This document shows, piece by piece, positions 1 through 13,944 of a DNA stretch of 45,652 nt (its first letter is position 1; every line of letters starts with the position of its first letter). A program made the translations under genes and the position numbers. This stretch comes from Phoronis australis (lineage: Eukaryota; Animalia; Phoronida): positions 1 to 45,652 of the forward strand of contig NMRA01000206.1 in the NCBI GenBank assembly GCA_002633005.1, read 5' to 3'. Below the pieces are notes generated by a model. The model did no database searches. It was not told where the DNA came from and saw only the letters and a list, made by a program, of their open reading frames with translations.

Positions 1-133
1 CTTGACGTCGGTTTATCAACGTTTGTTTAACTATTGAAAGGTGGTAAAATTGAATCAACCTACAAATACTAATTGCGTGAAATTAAACCAGCGTAAACTT
101 TATGTTGAAATGCTGACGACGTGGTAAAATCAA
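1..133 (+). repeat. Dispersed repeat, diverged direct copy of 43667-43801
   Basis: cttgac..ggtttatcaacgt..gaatcaacctacaaatac..ctttatgttgaa..cgtggtaaaatcaaa occurs at both places with scattered substitutions. Confidence 0.85.
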
Positions 134-504
134 AGTAATGTAAAATGATATCGCGGAAACATAATTTCGAACTCTAGATATGAGACTAATTCTTATACAT
201 TATGCATAAAAAAGTATCAACAACCAAGAAATTTGAAATGTTACAGTAAATTTGCATAAAAATCAGAATACAACGCAGGATGTTTTACGACCTTAAGTGT
301 TTTTATGCCCGGGAATGCTCAACAGTAGCCCGCATTGGCCGCCATCCATTATTGCACTTGGTCATCACTTCACCACACTGTATATTGCGCTTTCCCTTTG
401 ATAATTATTGTGTATTTTTGTACAATTTCTTAATAGGTTGGTACAGCAATAGACCAAAAGTTTATTTTTGGAGCAACATAAACAATGGTTTGAATCAATG
501 TTTT

Positions 505-1558
505 AACAAGAGCAACGCAGAGCGTTGAAATGCGCCTACAATTGCACGGCATACGGTATCCTTCTAGGGTTGTTTATTGGTACCATAAAGTGGCCAGTAG
601 AGGGCACATATGTAGTATGTTGTACTTTGCAAAATGGAAAGGCATGGCCATTGTCTCCTCAAAAGGCTTAGGGGCAAAATGTGAGTGATCTTCATAATAC
701 AAGCACATCCTATACATCAGTTGCTTAAAGCACCACAGAAACATAGAATTAAAAACAAATTTACCGACATACGAGATTTGCACAGCATTAGAATGCCAGA
801 AACAAATTTCTACTTGGAACTTTTCCTTCATAGTCACGAAGTAACACAAAGTATACACCTGAAGACCTATGAAAATACAGAGGGCAATGTAAAATACTAA
901 AATTGCCACTAGAGGCATACCGGTAGTCAGAATCATCCTAAAGTCGTCATCGTCCGTTGTCAACATCACATAAATACACTTGCTAAATTTAGTAAAGATA
1001 CTGCAAATGGTTTGGGAGATACAGCCATGGGCGCAAAAAAAACTGCCACTAGGAGGCGCCACAGTAATCAAAGTCATGGAAATTCAGCGTTAACCGTCCT
1101 CTTCATAGTAAGAACATACATGCCAATTTTCACAATCATACTTATAGCGGTTTGGTTGATAGAGGGGTGGACGCCAAAAAACAGACTCAAAACCAGTAAA
1201 AATGGCCACTGGGTGTCGCAAACTAGGTCGAATCCATCCGAAAACGGGAGGATAGTGTCATCGCACTAATAGGTGCCTACATACCAAATTTCATGAAAAC
1301 CCGTTCAGGACTTTTGAAGATACAAAGGTAAGCGTAAAAAACTAAAATTGCCACTAGGGAGCACGCCGGTAGTCGGATCCCTCCGAAAGTTCGCACATGC
1401 CGTCCCATTCATGAATGGAACATATGTGCCAAATTTCATGAACGTATGTCAAAGGGTTTTGGAGATAAAGCAGCGGACGCCGGACGGACACCGCCCGGAC
1501 GGACGGACGGAGATGACGACATAATGCGTCCACATATAAATATGTGGGCACATAAAAA
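505..1558 (+). mobile_element. Helentron-associated non-autonomous element (HINE/DINE-1-like) with internal satellite units
   Basis: Starts AACAAGAG followed by hairpin caacgc-aga-gcgttg. Internal units (ccaaatttcatgaa cores) are homologous to the 26875-28620 array. (GGAC)n microsatellite at ~1482-1510. 3' stem-loop atgcgtccacata..tatgtgggcacat at 1524-1553, followed by aaaaa. Confidence 0.7.
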
Positions 1559-2050
1559 TTGATTTCGGCCGACGTTTGTTCATCAACAACATAGACAGAA
1601 CAGTTACAGACACTGACCGCTTTTGTTAACTTCTTGTGGCGATGATACAAATGATTTTTTTACCATCATTGATAAGAAGTTTTACTGAGATGAGGTATGA
1701 TTTAATATGCATGCCTAATACTATATGCGCAGACACGAAGCTTGAAAAGTTCTCTTATCATCCCTTGTAATTCTGTGGCAGTTGTTTCTTTCATCTGTTG
1801 GTTGATGAACGCACATGCGGTCTTCAAATGTACAGTGTAGAATCTGGACTATTGTAATTATGTTTTATTTCATGTTCTTTCCAAAAATTATGAAAATGAT
1901 TGTTTGTTTTCAGAGCAAGGGAAGAATTGTAATCAGATATAAATGTAAATGGCTTATTGTAGGCATAATAGGTGTTATTCACAGTTATTACATATAATTG
2001 AACCGATATTACAATATAAGTTTGCCTAAGACCGTGCTCCTGTAATCGGT

Positions 2051-2915
2051 ATGCCGCGTAGACTGAGACAAATATCTCTTCACCACATATTCACATCTTT
2101 CCATTCAAAATTGTTTTATTTGTCAATACGTTGTTGTCAGAAAACACTTATTTTTGGAACAATGTGAACGACCAACTGAACCTGTAACTGGCACAGATTT
2201 TAATGTCACCGATGCATGGAAACGGAATGTGCAAAGATAAAATTGGTTGTAGCCTCAACAGTGGTAATTCCGTGTTTGATGTCAGACTGTAAGTTCGTGG
2301 AAATCGAAACCATATGATTTCGAAGTTAGAGCCTTCCAAGTCCGTGGGTTTAGGGCATACAGGACCGTGTATTTTGCGTCTTTACTGCAAGGGTTGATAC
2401 TATGAAAATAAAATCCCGCAGTAAGAGCTCTTCGGTGCAACAACCCACTCACTATCCCATCATCATAGAAGACCCGTGAAGAACATTAAAAACGCAAAAA
2501 TATGCAGTTTAGTGCAACACAAACAAAAAACAAGAGTGGGCGAAGACTATCAAAAATAGCTGTGTTTACAAAATGACTACGGCGTTGGATTGACCGGGAA
2601 GCAGCCAATCTAATGCAACTTGTTAATGTCACGAGTTAAAAGATCAAATGTAAAGAATACTTTCACATTTTGTTTTCCAGAACTTGTCTTGTCCATAATC
2701 CAGTGTTCAATATTACCGCTTGCCTTCAACCAGCAAATTAGTGGTGAGCTCACATGTAAGGCAGACACAGTAAAACTAGGTTAATTTATTTGACCCTGTG
2801 CCTAGACGAATATGCATCTGCATACAAAGCAGTATCAGCCTGACAACCTATTATGCAACTGCTACTCAAGCCTAAAATAGCAGCGGACCAATGGGTCGGT
2901 TGATGTCCGGTCGGC
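2051..2915 (-). repeat. Dispersed ~0.87-kb repeat, inverted diverged copy of 44013-44930, cut off by the adjacent LINE
   Basis: Collinear reverse-complement match, e.g. cagtaaaactaggttaatttatttgaccctgtg (2768) vs 44127-44160. The ORFs MEGSNFEIIWFRFPRT (2148-2339 -) and DGSNFEIILWLRFPRT (44574-44894 +) reflect this homology. Confidence 0.9.
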
Positions 2916-2918
2916 AAT

Positions 2919-4442
2919 TTGGGCGAGAGTGTCAGGTCCATTTTTGTAGATATAGCTTCTGCTTTCGACTGTGTCCCTCACGACCTTCTACTTCACAAAC
3001 TTCGATCCTATGGCATTACTGGTATTCATTTAAACATAATCACCTCATATCTTTCCGAAAGAACATACAGTGTTCGTGTCGACTGCGTACTTTCAACTTT
3101 ATCCCCTCCTGGATTTGTAATCGCAGGTGTACCGCAGGGTAGCGTATTTGGCCCTCTTATCTTCTTGGTTTATATTAATGACTTTCCTGATAACCTGTCA
3201 TGTAGCACATACATGTACCTTTATGCGGATGACACGGCGCTTTTTTACCCCTTCGCAAGGAGCAGCCCTGAATGTTCTTTGCAGCTTCAACATGACCCTA
3301 AATAAACTAAGCTATTGGTCACAAGAATGGAGAATGAATTTTAAACCAGAAAAAAAGCGTTGACCTCACCTTTTCCAAATCTATTAATGCTCTCTTCCTT
3401 GTTGACCCGTCTTATGACCTTAAACTTAATGATGAAATCATTCCTAGAAAACAGTCGCACAGACATCTGGGTATACTGTTAGATGAAAAACTCTCATTCA
3501 CCCGTCACGCTCGGGAGCTCGTAAAAAAACTCAGGAACTAATTAACCCACTTAAGCTTGACTCTCGTCATCTGAATTCTACACATTTAGAAGTTTTGTTC
3601 AAATCCGTTGTACTTCGACACATTGATTATTGTGATAATATATATCAGTCTGCCAATACGGGTGCACTCCAACATTTGGAGAAGTTACAATATCAAGCTG
3701 CCTTACTCATAACCGGAGCTTACAAAGGATCCAATAGTGTTAAGGTTTTGAATAGTCTCAAGTGGCCCAAACTGTCTACTCGACGCAATCTTCACATGAC
3801 CACATTTACCTTCAAGGTAATAAACAATGTCAACAACGTGTCTCAAAAAATATTTGATCTATATACTAGAGAAGGCCATCGTAGTGATTTGACATCTTCC
3901 ACAACATATGCAATTCATCCGTCGTTCAGTCAGGCATTCAGAAGGTCTACAGTCTCGATGTGCATCAACAACTTGAATTCTCTTCCAGTCTCTCTTAAGG
4001 AAAGCAACTCTTTTACGAGTATAAAAATAATTTTAGGACTGTTTTTCATAATTTTGAGAACTCAACACCCTTGACTCAACTCTCCCATACCCGCGATAAT
4101 CAAATAGCATTGTACAGATCAAGATGTGGCCTTTTCCTCAACTCTGACAAGTTCAGGCACAACTTTAGTGATGTCTCTCCAAACTGTAAATGGGGTGGCC
4201 ATCAATCTTATCCTCATATTTTCTTCAAATGTCCCCTCATCCAATACCTGAGAGACTCACTCTTTCGTGCACTCAATGATAACCAATCAACTGTTAACGC
4301 TCTCAATTCTTGTAATGACATCCCTACTAGAGTTTCATTGTTACTGAATGGTAGTCCTAACCTTGACTTCGTTCTCAACGAATTCCTCCTAAGCAACGTT
4401 AGCAAATTTTTATTTACCGTTTATCAATATTGTTGCATCTGA
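2919..4442 (+). pseudogene. 5'-truncated non-LTR retrotransposon (CR1/L2 group) ORF2: reverse transcriptase plus C-terminal zinc knuckle, frameshifted
   Basis: IFVDIASAFDCVPH, GVPQGSVFGPLIFLVYINDF and YADDT motifs. Downstream HRHLGILLDEKLSF and C-terminal CKWGG..HIFFKCP. Spread over at least four frame-shifted ORFs. Confidence 0.92.
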
Positions 4443-4528
4443 TTTCCCTACATGTTGTTATATATCTGTAATAGTATATCTAAGTATTGGAATACTTATT
4501 TTAGATACCACTTAATAGTATACACCTC

Positions 4529-4917
4529 AGTAGTATAGTAAGAGATTTTGGAGTCTTATTTTGAGGCTCCTGGGTCAAAGGTCATCCATGTGAAAGGAAA
4601 AGGTCACGTGGAATAACTGCAATCGGAAGGGACACCTACCGGACGGATGTGTCAATGACGTTACATCTCATGACGTAATAGGTTTAATTGGTTAGAGAGA
4701 CACCTCGATGCCCGTTTTGCGGCTCCTAGCAACGATCGAGATTTGAAACAAAAGAGGGATGCTGAATAAGAACAAAACTTATTTCGTGTGTGCCGACTGT
4801 ATATTGTGTGTTCTTTTTCATCAAAAACAAAAGGCTTATACAAAAGGGGATAACCACCCAACTCAACAACAGATGTCGCGTAAAGTCTAACCCAGGCCCG
4901 GACGGTACTAAGCGAAG
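4529..4917. mobile_element. Candidate Polinton/Maverick terminal (TIR) region
   Basis: Begins AGTAGTATAGTAAG, matching the 5'-AG microsatellite-like termini of Polintons. With the 4918-11480 insertion removed it lies ~550 bp from the pPolB stop codon. The partner TIR was not found. Confidence 0.45.
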
Positions 4918-4934
4918 CCCTTACAAAAATGAAC

Positions 4935-5390
4935 TTACGTTTTCATCGAAAAACTTAAGTTTTTGGTCTGAAAAACTTAAGTTTTCATTCCCGAAAACTT
5001 AAGTTTTTGTCGAAAACTTAAGTATTTTGGAACAAGTTTTTTGGAACGAACTTAAGTTTTCATAACTTAAGTTTTCAAAAACTTAAATTCTGAAAATTTA
5101 AGTTTTTCAAAAACTTAAGTTCTGAAAACTTAAGTTTTTCAAAAACTTAAGTTTTCTGAAAATTTAAGTTTTGATGACTTATGTTTGTTACTAAAAACTT
5201 GTTCCAAAATACTTAAGTTTTTGAAAACTTAAGTTTCAGAAACATAAGTTTTTGAAAAACTTAAGTTTTGGAACAAGTTTTTAGTAACAAACATAAGTCA
5301 TCAAAACTTAAATTTTTGAAAACTAAGTTTTCCGAACATAAGTTTTCAAGGAACTAACTTTTTAAAACTGAAGTTTTCTAAAAGCAATAA
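4935..5390. repeat. Left subterminal array of the palindrome AAAACTTAAGTTTT
   Basis: Many closely spaced copies and variants of aaaacttaagtttt. Confidence 0.95.
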
Positions 5391-8300
5391 GTTTCAATAG
5401 GACAGACATTCAAAAATTTCGACTTTCACTGAAACAAGAGTGGAGTACAGTAACAAATGTAATGATTGTCATAAAGTTCTAACTTTACATTAACAGTGAT
5501 TAATTGCAGAAAATAAAATGCACTGCCTAAAATACACTAGTTCCTTAAAATAAGTGAACATAAGTGAAATATCAAAATCTTAAAAACCAGAAACATTTCA
5601 AAAATCAGTTCATCAAGTGTCATGCATACAATGCAGTGAAAACTAAATGAGGCTAATAATATGTTCATTATTTGCATCGTTCTTAATCTATGACAATTAT
5701 GCGATAACTGAGGGGGCAAAATGGAATGTACAAACAGAGAAATCACTACCAAATCATGAAACACAACCAAAGAAAATGTGATTACATAGCCAGGAAAGTC
5801 ACAACAAAAGTCTACGTTTTAACTAAAATTACAGCAATGACACCAAGAATAACAAGTCACTTAATATGCAAAATCCAAGAATATCTGCAGAGACAAAAGC
5901 ATAACATAAAACGTAACAGGTAACTAAAAGTTTATCGACAATGGCGACAGGTCTGATTTTGGGAAGTACAATCCTTATGCTAGAAATAGTGCCTAGAATC
6001 ACCTATAATTGTTTGCAACCTTAAAAATATCAATTTAAATGTCAAAGTTTCGTTTTGTTGACAATCATAATAAAAGCAAATCCAATACACTCCATGGTGC
6101 GAACAAGTTTCACTAAAAGTAACCCTAAGTACAACCTGGTTATACGAGATGGAAATTAGAAAACTTAGACCATTGACCACAAAAATATTCATTTTCCTTT
6201 AATTTAAAGCTACTGAACTTCATACAAATATAGGGCCTTTCATACTAACATCGACGCGTCGAAGTTTTTGGAAGTTACTGTCAGTATAAACTATCAACTT
6301 CAGTCCTATCGAAGTTATTGCCAGGGGCCACTGTTATCATTAACAATTGCATAGTAGTGTGATGGCTAATAGTTGCTTATACCTTGCTCTAATAATCACC
6401 AATCAATTTAGAAATAAGTTTTGTGTCAATTAACACATGTAAATGTTCCCAAGTTGTCACATCTTAGCGTGCAGTGCTACCTTGCGATACTTTCGATCAC
6501 GACAGCGTCAGCTCCTGTTTACTTCGAAGTTCATTAACTACCGAAGCCAGAATGAACGGTCCACTTAACTTCGCAGTATACGCCGATGCTCCGCTCAGAC
6601 AAGAGTTAAGTCTATGTGAAAGGGCCCTATGGTAGATCACAAGCCACTTAATCTTCTTTAGCTGGATCTGCTCGCTTAGCTTCACAGGCAAATAATCCAT
6701 GTTTTGTGACTACAGACGCGCGTTTCTGAGCTCAGATAACTGAATTCATAGGTTCATGAGCTGCAGTTCGTAAGTGCGTACGTTGCGTTGTCTGGGTAGC
6801 CTTCCTTATCCAACGATTGTTGAAAGCACTTTCTGCAATAAAGACAACAAATTTTAATAACAGACGGGTAAAAGCTATCAGTATAAGACAACTTAACTTG
6901 CTGGATATTTATCGTCCTGTTTATACAACACTGATTTGTTAAACTTCCTGACTTATATACAGAGCCTAGAATAGTCTTCAACCTCAAAATTTAACCAATC
7001 ACTCTCTAGGATTCAAGTGCAAGACTAGTCTGCAAGTTTACTTCAAGCATTCACTGCAGTGGGTCAGTTTTCCACATACTGTTTTGAATGAAGTTTTAAT
7101 CATGGATTCGCGACATTCAAAACAATTTTATTCTATACAACTTGAATACAAAACATGCACATGGTCACCTATTATGCTATTACAATCTAGAACAAACCGT
7201 GCTTATGACAAAACTTAATGTGTTAATAAAAGTTGGACTTCACGCTAACCAGGTATCGTATTATGTAACTTTTTAGTTCAAGTTCTATGACAGATTAATT
7301 AATATTTTTATCAAATGATGAAACTGTTGGCAACTGCAATAAACTTCAATTCCCATTATTTTTATAAACTTTTCATTGTTTCATTCGTTAATCTGATAAG
7401 AAAATGCACAACTCTACATAATGAGCAGAGCTAGTTGTATTCTAACTAGCTGTCTCCGGCCAACACAGAACTTCATACTAATGTTTCATGGACATTTAGC
7501 TGACACAACCAGCGTTAGAACTGAAAGTTTAATCTGAAATGTATACTTCGGCGTGTCCTTTCTGTAACTTATAGCAAAACCAAGAAGCTTTAGATTGACT
7601 TGACCAAATGGCAACAAGTGAGCTTGTTTAAGATTATAAGCCCATTGGCTAAACCAAGGACAAATTCATATTGTTTCAAATTCAAACCCTAATAGCAGCA
7701 CTATGTTTAACTCAACAATGAAACATATGAAGCTACACCTGCCATGTCGATGTTAACAGCCCAATACCACCCCTGGGTGATTATTTCGATGCAAATGTTT
7801 GGATGTCTAGTTCTTCCAAGTACTCCGCCAAGTTAATAGAGACCTGAAAACAATAAGATGTTAGCAAACATAACAGCATGTGATAGCTTCTTAAGAATCC
7901 AGACATAACCCATTTACAGGGAATGTTATCCATGTAAAGATCAGGGGCGGTGGGGGGGGGTCCCAGGAATTTGAGTTGGGGGTTGGGGCAGAGTAGGGTT
8001 TTGCCCATCAGATATTCACCCCCTGCCCCCCAACTGCCAATTGATCTTGTAGCGTTTTAGGGGGCCAGGGCCATGGCCCCTTAGCTATCCTCTGAATGCA
8101 CCATTGAAGATACTGGCATGGTCTTCAGGAGAAGTCTTACGTAACCATGATATTTTACAGTGAAAATAAAACTATTATCTCATGTACTACAGTAAACATA
8201 AAAACACTATATCCTGTACTCCTACCAATCACTTTACTGGCTGACATTTGCAAAGATATTAAATTGAGGTTCCAAGCAAATTTCTAGAGGGAAAAGAATA

Positions 8301-9086
8301 TGCCCCAACAGACATGGGGAGATCATTCTAGTCAGTCCATATTCAACTCAACTCAACTCCTAGGTAAAGTTGTGCCCAGATTAACTATCACTTTCACCAT
8401 GAAACTAAAATATTTGATTTCAATAAAACCAGTTGAACTCGCATTGAATGTGAAAATTTTAAGTCTGAATATGCAAACTTTTGCGACATTCTAGTATTCC
8501 ACAACCCGGTAAAAATTTAAAAGCACATACTCAATCCCAAAGTCAAATCACGCAGATTTTCCTTATTTGCATTGAATTATTTGGTGCGATAAGATAGGGA
8601 TTATGCAAGTTTCACTGTGCTTAACAATAGTTAACATGTTGACTGGTGAGAGTTTACTTGGGTACATTATGACGTATGTCGGGGTGGGATCGGGGTGTCC
8701 TTTCGCATTCAATAACCTAGATCCTCCCGACAAACCTGAGCAAATCAGTCAAAATAGGCAATACAATAGTTACATTGGTTATTCTTAATTTTGAGAACCA
8801 AGCACATAAGCGCACCAAGGGGAGGCTCGAACGAGCACCCCCCCCCCCACTTGCCAAAGTGGGCATGAAAAGGTCAGCCTCATAGAAACAAAAAAACTTA
8901 AGAAAACGAGACACGAGTCCAGTAAAAAGCTGTAATTCAGGAATGCACTGTGCACAGCTCTGAACACACCACGTTGCTTTAGTAAAAGGTCAACATGCCC
9001 AAAAATTTGAGCACCCCCATATTTTAGGATTGGTACGTGGATGAGGCAAGTGAACCTTTCAAATTATTGACCTGTAGTGGATATGA

Positions 9087-9710
9087 CAGGGCTCAACACT
9101 AACGGTTGCCCGATTGCCCGTGTACATGTAGATTTTGCGTCGGGCAAGTGGAATTTGAAAAGTACTTGCCCGATGGGCAAGTTAAAAAGCTAGCTGCATA
9201 GGCAAGTAGATCCGAAGATTGTCTGCTCGACATTTGCTCCAAAGTAACGAACCCCGACACAAGCCTATAAAAACCGTCGAAATAGCCCCTGTGGTGGTCA
9301 AAGAAAATCCCGTCTTCGAATGAGCACCGAAAGGAAAATAGAACGAGTGTGATGCAGCGTGCACAGATGACGCTAGCGGTCAAATCCTTTCGATTCTCTG
9401 AACGTGCCCTGCAGTTTCTGAATAAGTTGTCACGTGATACTACTGATTGTCTGGACACTGGCAAAACGTCTAAACATGGAAGCATTGGTTTAGTTGCTAA
9501 AAAACGAGTTCAGAAAGAATCAACGCAATAATATGAAACAAAATGAGTGCGGGGATGGGTTCCGCCATGAGAAATTAGGTTTTCTGGCCTGCGAGACAGT
9601 GAACACGGGATGACGTTTGATTTTTGCCGACGTTTACCCATGCTGGAAGCACCGCGTTCGTCAGCGGATGTAAGTCATACAGATAAGCGCAAAAGCTAAA
9701 AAGTGAATGA
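9087..9710 (+). pseudogene. Truncated hAT element: CAGGGCTC terminus and decayed N-terminal TTF-type zinc finger
   Basis: cagggctcaacactaacgg start with ttgcccg/cgggcaa subterminal motifs. Translation through stops gives YETK*VRGWVPP*EIRFSGLRDSEHGMTFDFCRR, then after a frameshift HAGSTAFVSGCKSY. No right end seen. Confidence 0.5.
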
Positions 9711-11029
9711 TTGACGACATATTTTCTACACTACACAGCAGTTTAAAAGGCCTGGTATTTATTCAAGGGGAATTCCAAAAGACGTTCTTATGAATTCCCG
9801 GCTCCCGGTGGCGACTCCCGAAAGAAGAGGAATACGGTCTTAGGGATTGCCGCTCTGAAGTCTGAAGGGTGACTTTTTCGCGGTCTATCTATTTTTCAAA
9901 AATGTAATTATTTATTGAAAATAAAAGTATACGTGGCATCATTATATGTTAAAATTTGGTTTTAATTTATTACAAGGTACCGATGACCAAAACTGTGCAA
10001 GATTTTTACGGATAGCAAAAATTGAAATTCAGGTTAGCAACAACTCAAGTTTAATGCAGGAGGGCGTATAAACTAATGAATACACAGAAGTGTCTAGAGT
10101 TCGTCCTAGCTCATTTCGGCGCCTGTGAACGTGTGACAATTGTTCAGATACCATCGTTACTCTTCTAATTTGGGAGACGACTACACTTTGCCTTGGTAGT
10201 CCCCCCCCTTTGCATTGATCACACTGCCACAACCTCAGAAGACAGAAATATAATAGAGTAATAGCCTTCTGTGAACGTTATGGCTTCCCCTGAAGTATAT
10301 TAAGCGTTAGAAGTTTAGATAATTCACACACAGAATGAGTCCATGTCGGTGTGTGACAGCGTGACTCGTGAGTGGCTGACAATAACAACTGAGTGAACTT
10401 CTGAAGTCTGAACTTAACACGTTCGTTGGAAATCACAGCACCGATTGTGGCCAATCAATTTTAGAACGCTCTCTGGCACTAACCTGACTTCCAAAACTTC
10501 TGAAATATCTTCTTGCTGGCTCTGCTCGTAGTAATATAAACTTCATTGTCGCAGGCTAGCCAACACACGACTTTTTCTTCGAAGCTGACTGTCGGTTATA
10601 ATATTCAAACTGTTGACTTCCGGTGGAAACTGCCTTACGATTACAACTCAACACAAAGGAAACGTGCACAAGAACTACGTTGTTTTTTTTTAAGAATTGC
10701 ATGAAATTAATTGATTACATTGTACTGACCAGGTCAGTGTCTCAGGGGATTAACATTGGGTGCATTCTTACTGCTGTTGGTCACCGGATGTTCGTCTACA
10801 TTTAAATTCACAAAGACCTGCCGAAATGATTACATAACTGCACTAATTCTGTACTGACCATGTTAAGTGTTCGTCGTTTTGTGGTATTCGCATCTATATC
10901 AATGCTAAGGAAACATTCGGGCAACATTTTTTTGAGATGATGGGTTTTGCATGAGCAAACAATATTTTTTGTAGCAAATAATGGGAAAAAATTTCGAACC
11001 AAAAATTAAATAGATCTCACAATATTCAA

Positions 11030-11463
11030 ATTTTAAAAACTTAACGTAAATTTTCATCACATAGAAACCTTAAAGTTTTTAGAAAATTCAAGTTTTCCAC
11101 AAATGAAAAAATCCAGTCAGGAAAACTTAAGTTTTGTGATAAACTTAAGTTATCCGAAAAACTTAAGCTTTGTTAGTACAAAAAACTTAAGTTTTCACGA
11201 AAACTTAAGTTATTACTTGAAACTTAAGTTTATTTGTGAAAACTTAAGTTTTACACTTGAAAAAACTTAAGTTTTCTGAAAAACTTAAGTTTTCTGAAAA
11301 ACTTAACATTTTGCTGAAAAACTTTAGTTTTTGGCGAAAAACTTAAGTTTCTTTTAAAAACTTAAGTTTTTCGGAAGAACTTAAGTTTTTCCTCTAAAAC
11401 TTAAGTTATTTTCCAAAAACTTAAGTTTTTTCGCAAAAACTTAAGTTTTCAGCGAAAAACTTT
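11030..11463. repeat. Right subterminal array of the palindrome AAAACTTAAGTTTT
   Basis: Same motif repeated at roughly 18-22 bp spacing up to the right TIR. Confidence 0.95.
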
Positions 11464-11645
11464 GTTCATTTTTGTAAGGGAGCGTATTCGTAATAATAAG
11501 AGGCAACCAGCTAACACAGAAAATAAAACCGATAGCGTTTAAAAGTGTATTAATGACAAACCTACACTACAAAAATCACCATTCGAATATAAAATCATCC
11601 AGACGTTCAGAAAAGTAGTCTATAGCAAATTATCAACTGTCCGAA

Positions 11646-11900
11646 TTAAATGTTCAAAGGTCCAGTGGTGACGCCGTCGTCGAATACTCGTCTTTTGGGA
11701 TAAAAGTAGGTGAACGCACACCTTGCTTGCATAGTATTGGAAATAGTGTGGTCAACTAAGAGAGAAAAGAAACTTTTCATGTTTAATCGAGAATTACTAA
11801 CGGCATACAAAAGTGAATAAAAGTGGATGAATGCGAAGTGTGACGTCAAGTTTTCGTACACAAATATACACAAAGCACCGTCTGAGCTTTTACAAATCAT
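11646..11900 (-). pseudogene. C-terminal remnant of Polinton/adintovirus protein-primed DNA polymerase B
   Basis: Ends TMQARCAFTYFYPKRRVFDDGVTTGPLNI*, resembling the TYxQxRxxxSYFYxKRxVLxDGxxTxPLxI terminus of Polinton pPolB. The upstream part is degenerate. Confidence 0.7.
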
Positions 11901-11989
11901 ACATAATCATCATGTAAAACCTAGGCTGACAGAAACCCTACTCCAAACACTGGGCATACACGCGTCGCAAATAAATTATCGTCTATATA

Positions 11990-13773
11990 TTATTAGGTGC
12001 TACGTAACGTGTACATAAAGACCTCGAACGCCGGCGATATAGTAAACGGAATAGAGATGGCCGATTATACAAACTATTCCGAGATAAGAGTTTGCGAGTT
12101 AGCGGTGAGTTATCATTTGCTTAACCCTTCTCTTAGGTAGACTTTTAAATTTCTTTTCGCGTACGTAATATCCAGCCTTTCGTTGTTTTTGACCAACCGT
12201 CTATACAGAAAATTCAAAACCCTTTTTTAAATACCCGTATTTTTTATTTATCCTATTTATTTTGTAGATGAACTATCCTCTGAAGTTGTCTAAAGCTTTT
12301 GTACCAACACTGTAACTGTGGTGGGTTAATTTATTATAAACAACTCCCATTATTCCATTATGTGTTTGTTTTCTTTTGTTTTCGTAAGCAAAAATTTACA
12401 CGCGTCAGCTACCAATATTCCAATTTCAAAAAACTTTATTTTCTCTGTGGTGCAACACTATAAGTTAGAATGGGCGTTTAGACTTAAAATATGAATACGA
12501 GTTATGATTGCAATAATCCGTCAATAAGTTTTAAAACATAGTGATCGCTAGTTTTAGTGTCTGTCATTCTCATATCATCCATTCACTGTGTGAATACCAA
12601 ACGTTTTATATAACTGCAATAATCATCTCCCAAAGTTGTTAACATTACCATCAAGTGAGTCCCTAGGAATATCAAAAAATCATCTAATATACAATCTGTG
12701 GATGAGCCAGTCCTTGCGTTAAAGTCTCCAGTCAGTATTATATGCACCTCGCGCATTAAAGTAGCTTGTAATTGAGTGATATTTTCAATCTTCTTCCTTC
12801 AAACTACCGCCCACATATGCATTGCTAGAAACAGTAGCTGATTCTGGAGCAAAATAAGTCATGTCAGGATAATCAGAAAGTGTTTTGATGACTTACTTAG
12901 ATAATGCTGCTTTCACAAAGACGAAAACACCTGAGCATCTACCATAATATGCCTTTTAAACTCTGGAATTTTTAAAATGATACCAAACCTCCAAATACAT
13001 GTTTACACTAGCTGTTTTGTTTTGGTCAGTTTCTGTGGCTCCCACAAGCTCGTTCATCAGATCGTGCCTATATGAATCGGGTCTAATCAAGTTTCAATTT
13101 AGATTCCAGACCGTGTGGGTTCCATGTTCATATTTTAAGCCGTCGCCCGAAAACCTATCGTTGTCAAACGACATGAGAACGATGTCGTCTTTTGTATGTT
13201 CATATATATCACATTTTTTCTACGCGTAGCTTATCGTAGCACCAGAAAGCATGTTTTCCTTCTCATCCAGACTTCAGCAAGAGTGGTTTGAGATGTTGTA
13301 TTTTTTGTCGAACAGATTCAATGAAACCCTCAAGAAAACCATAGCTGGTGTCTTAAAACTGTTTTTCTGTTTTGTAAAACAAGGTGTTTGTATTTAAATT
13401 TCTGTAATTTGACGAGGATCGACTGTAGGTTTCACGTTGACTGACGATTTCCTTTAAATCCTAGGCGATGGTTTCGTTCAATCTCGATCGGCTTCGTGAT
13501 TTCTTGGTCAATATAAGTCAATATAATGATAATTTTATGTTCACAGTCCTGTCACGATTCCATTGCAATGCCATAAGGGCACCAAAAAATAAAACGGCGC
13601 AAGTATCTTACAGCAATGCGCCGCCACTCGTGCACATCTTTTAAAACGCAACACTCTTCAAAAATGTAAGATTCTAATCAACTTACATCCAGTCGGGTAA
13701 AATATGACTTAGTTCTTATTTCGATTGCCCTTGGGGTTTTTTGTTTCATAAGTTGTCACTTTAATTACGCTAA
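11990..13773 (-). repeat. Left arm of a large inverted repeat (foldback), carrying decayed LINE ORF1 and endonuclease on the - strand
   Basis: Near-identical reverse complement of 15134-17511 apart from two deletions. ORF 12999-13229 (+) mirrors ORF 15665-15907 (-). Confidence 0.95.
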
Positions 13774-13944
13774 GCACTTGTGGGTTCCATTGGAAACTGA
13801 AAAACAAGACAATGATAATTATATGACTAAACTGTCAACACCACCCTCTTGCCTATCCTCCAATAGCTGACAACCTTCTTCCGAAAACTCTCCCTCCTGT
13901 GATCGTTTCCAGACACCTGGAAATACGAAAACATTCAGATTCAT

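Larger units (their letters stand above)
4918..11480. mobile_element. CMC/EnSpm(CACTA)-like DNA transposon, 6563 bp, no intact ORF
   Basis: Perfect 17-bp TIR CCCTTACAAAAATGAAC / GTTCATTTTTGTAAGGG. 2-bp TSD AG at 4916-4917 and 11481-11482. Subterminal repeat arrays at both ends. CCC termini with a 2-bp TSD are typical of animal EnSpm elements. Confidence 0.8.

Noticed and set aside
574-1077. Hydrophobic 167-aa ORF (and similar ORFs at 27497-28452) as membrane proteins
   Set aside because: They lie within satellite units and the reading frames are not conserved between copies
7940-9040. G/C-run segments as distinct MITEs or promoters
   Set aside because: They resemble decayed MITE fragments but I could not pair TIRs or TSDs
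4935-11463. AAAACTTAAGTTTT arrays as CRISPR-like repeats
   Set aside because: Spacers are only a few bases and irregular, there are no cas genes, the context is eukaryotic, and the arrays sit just inside TIRs
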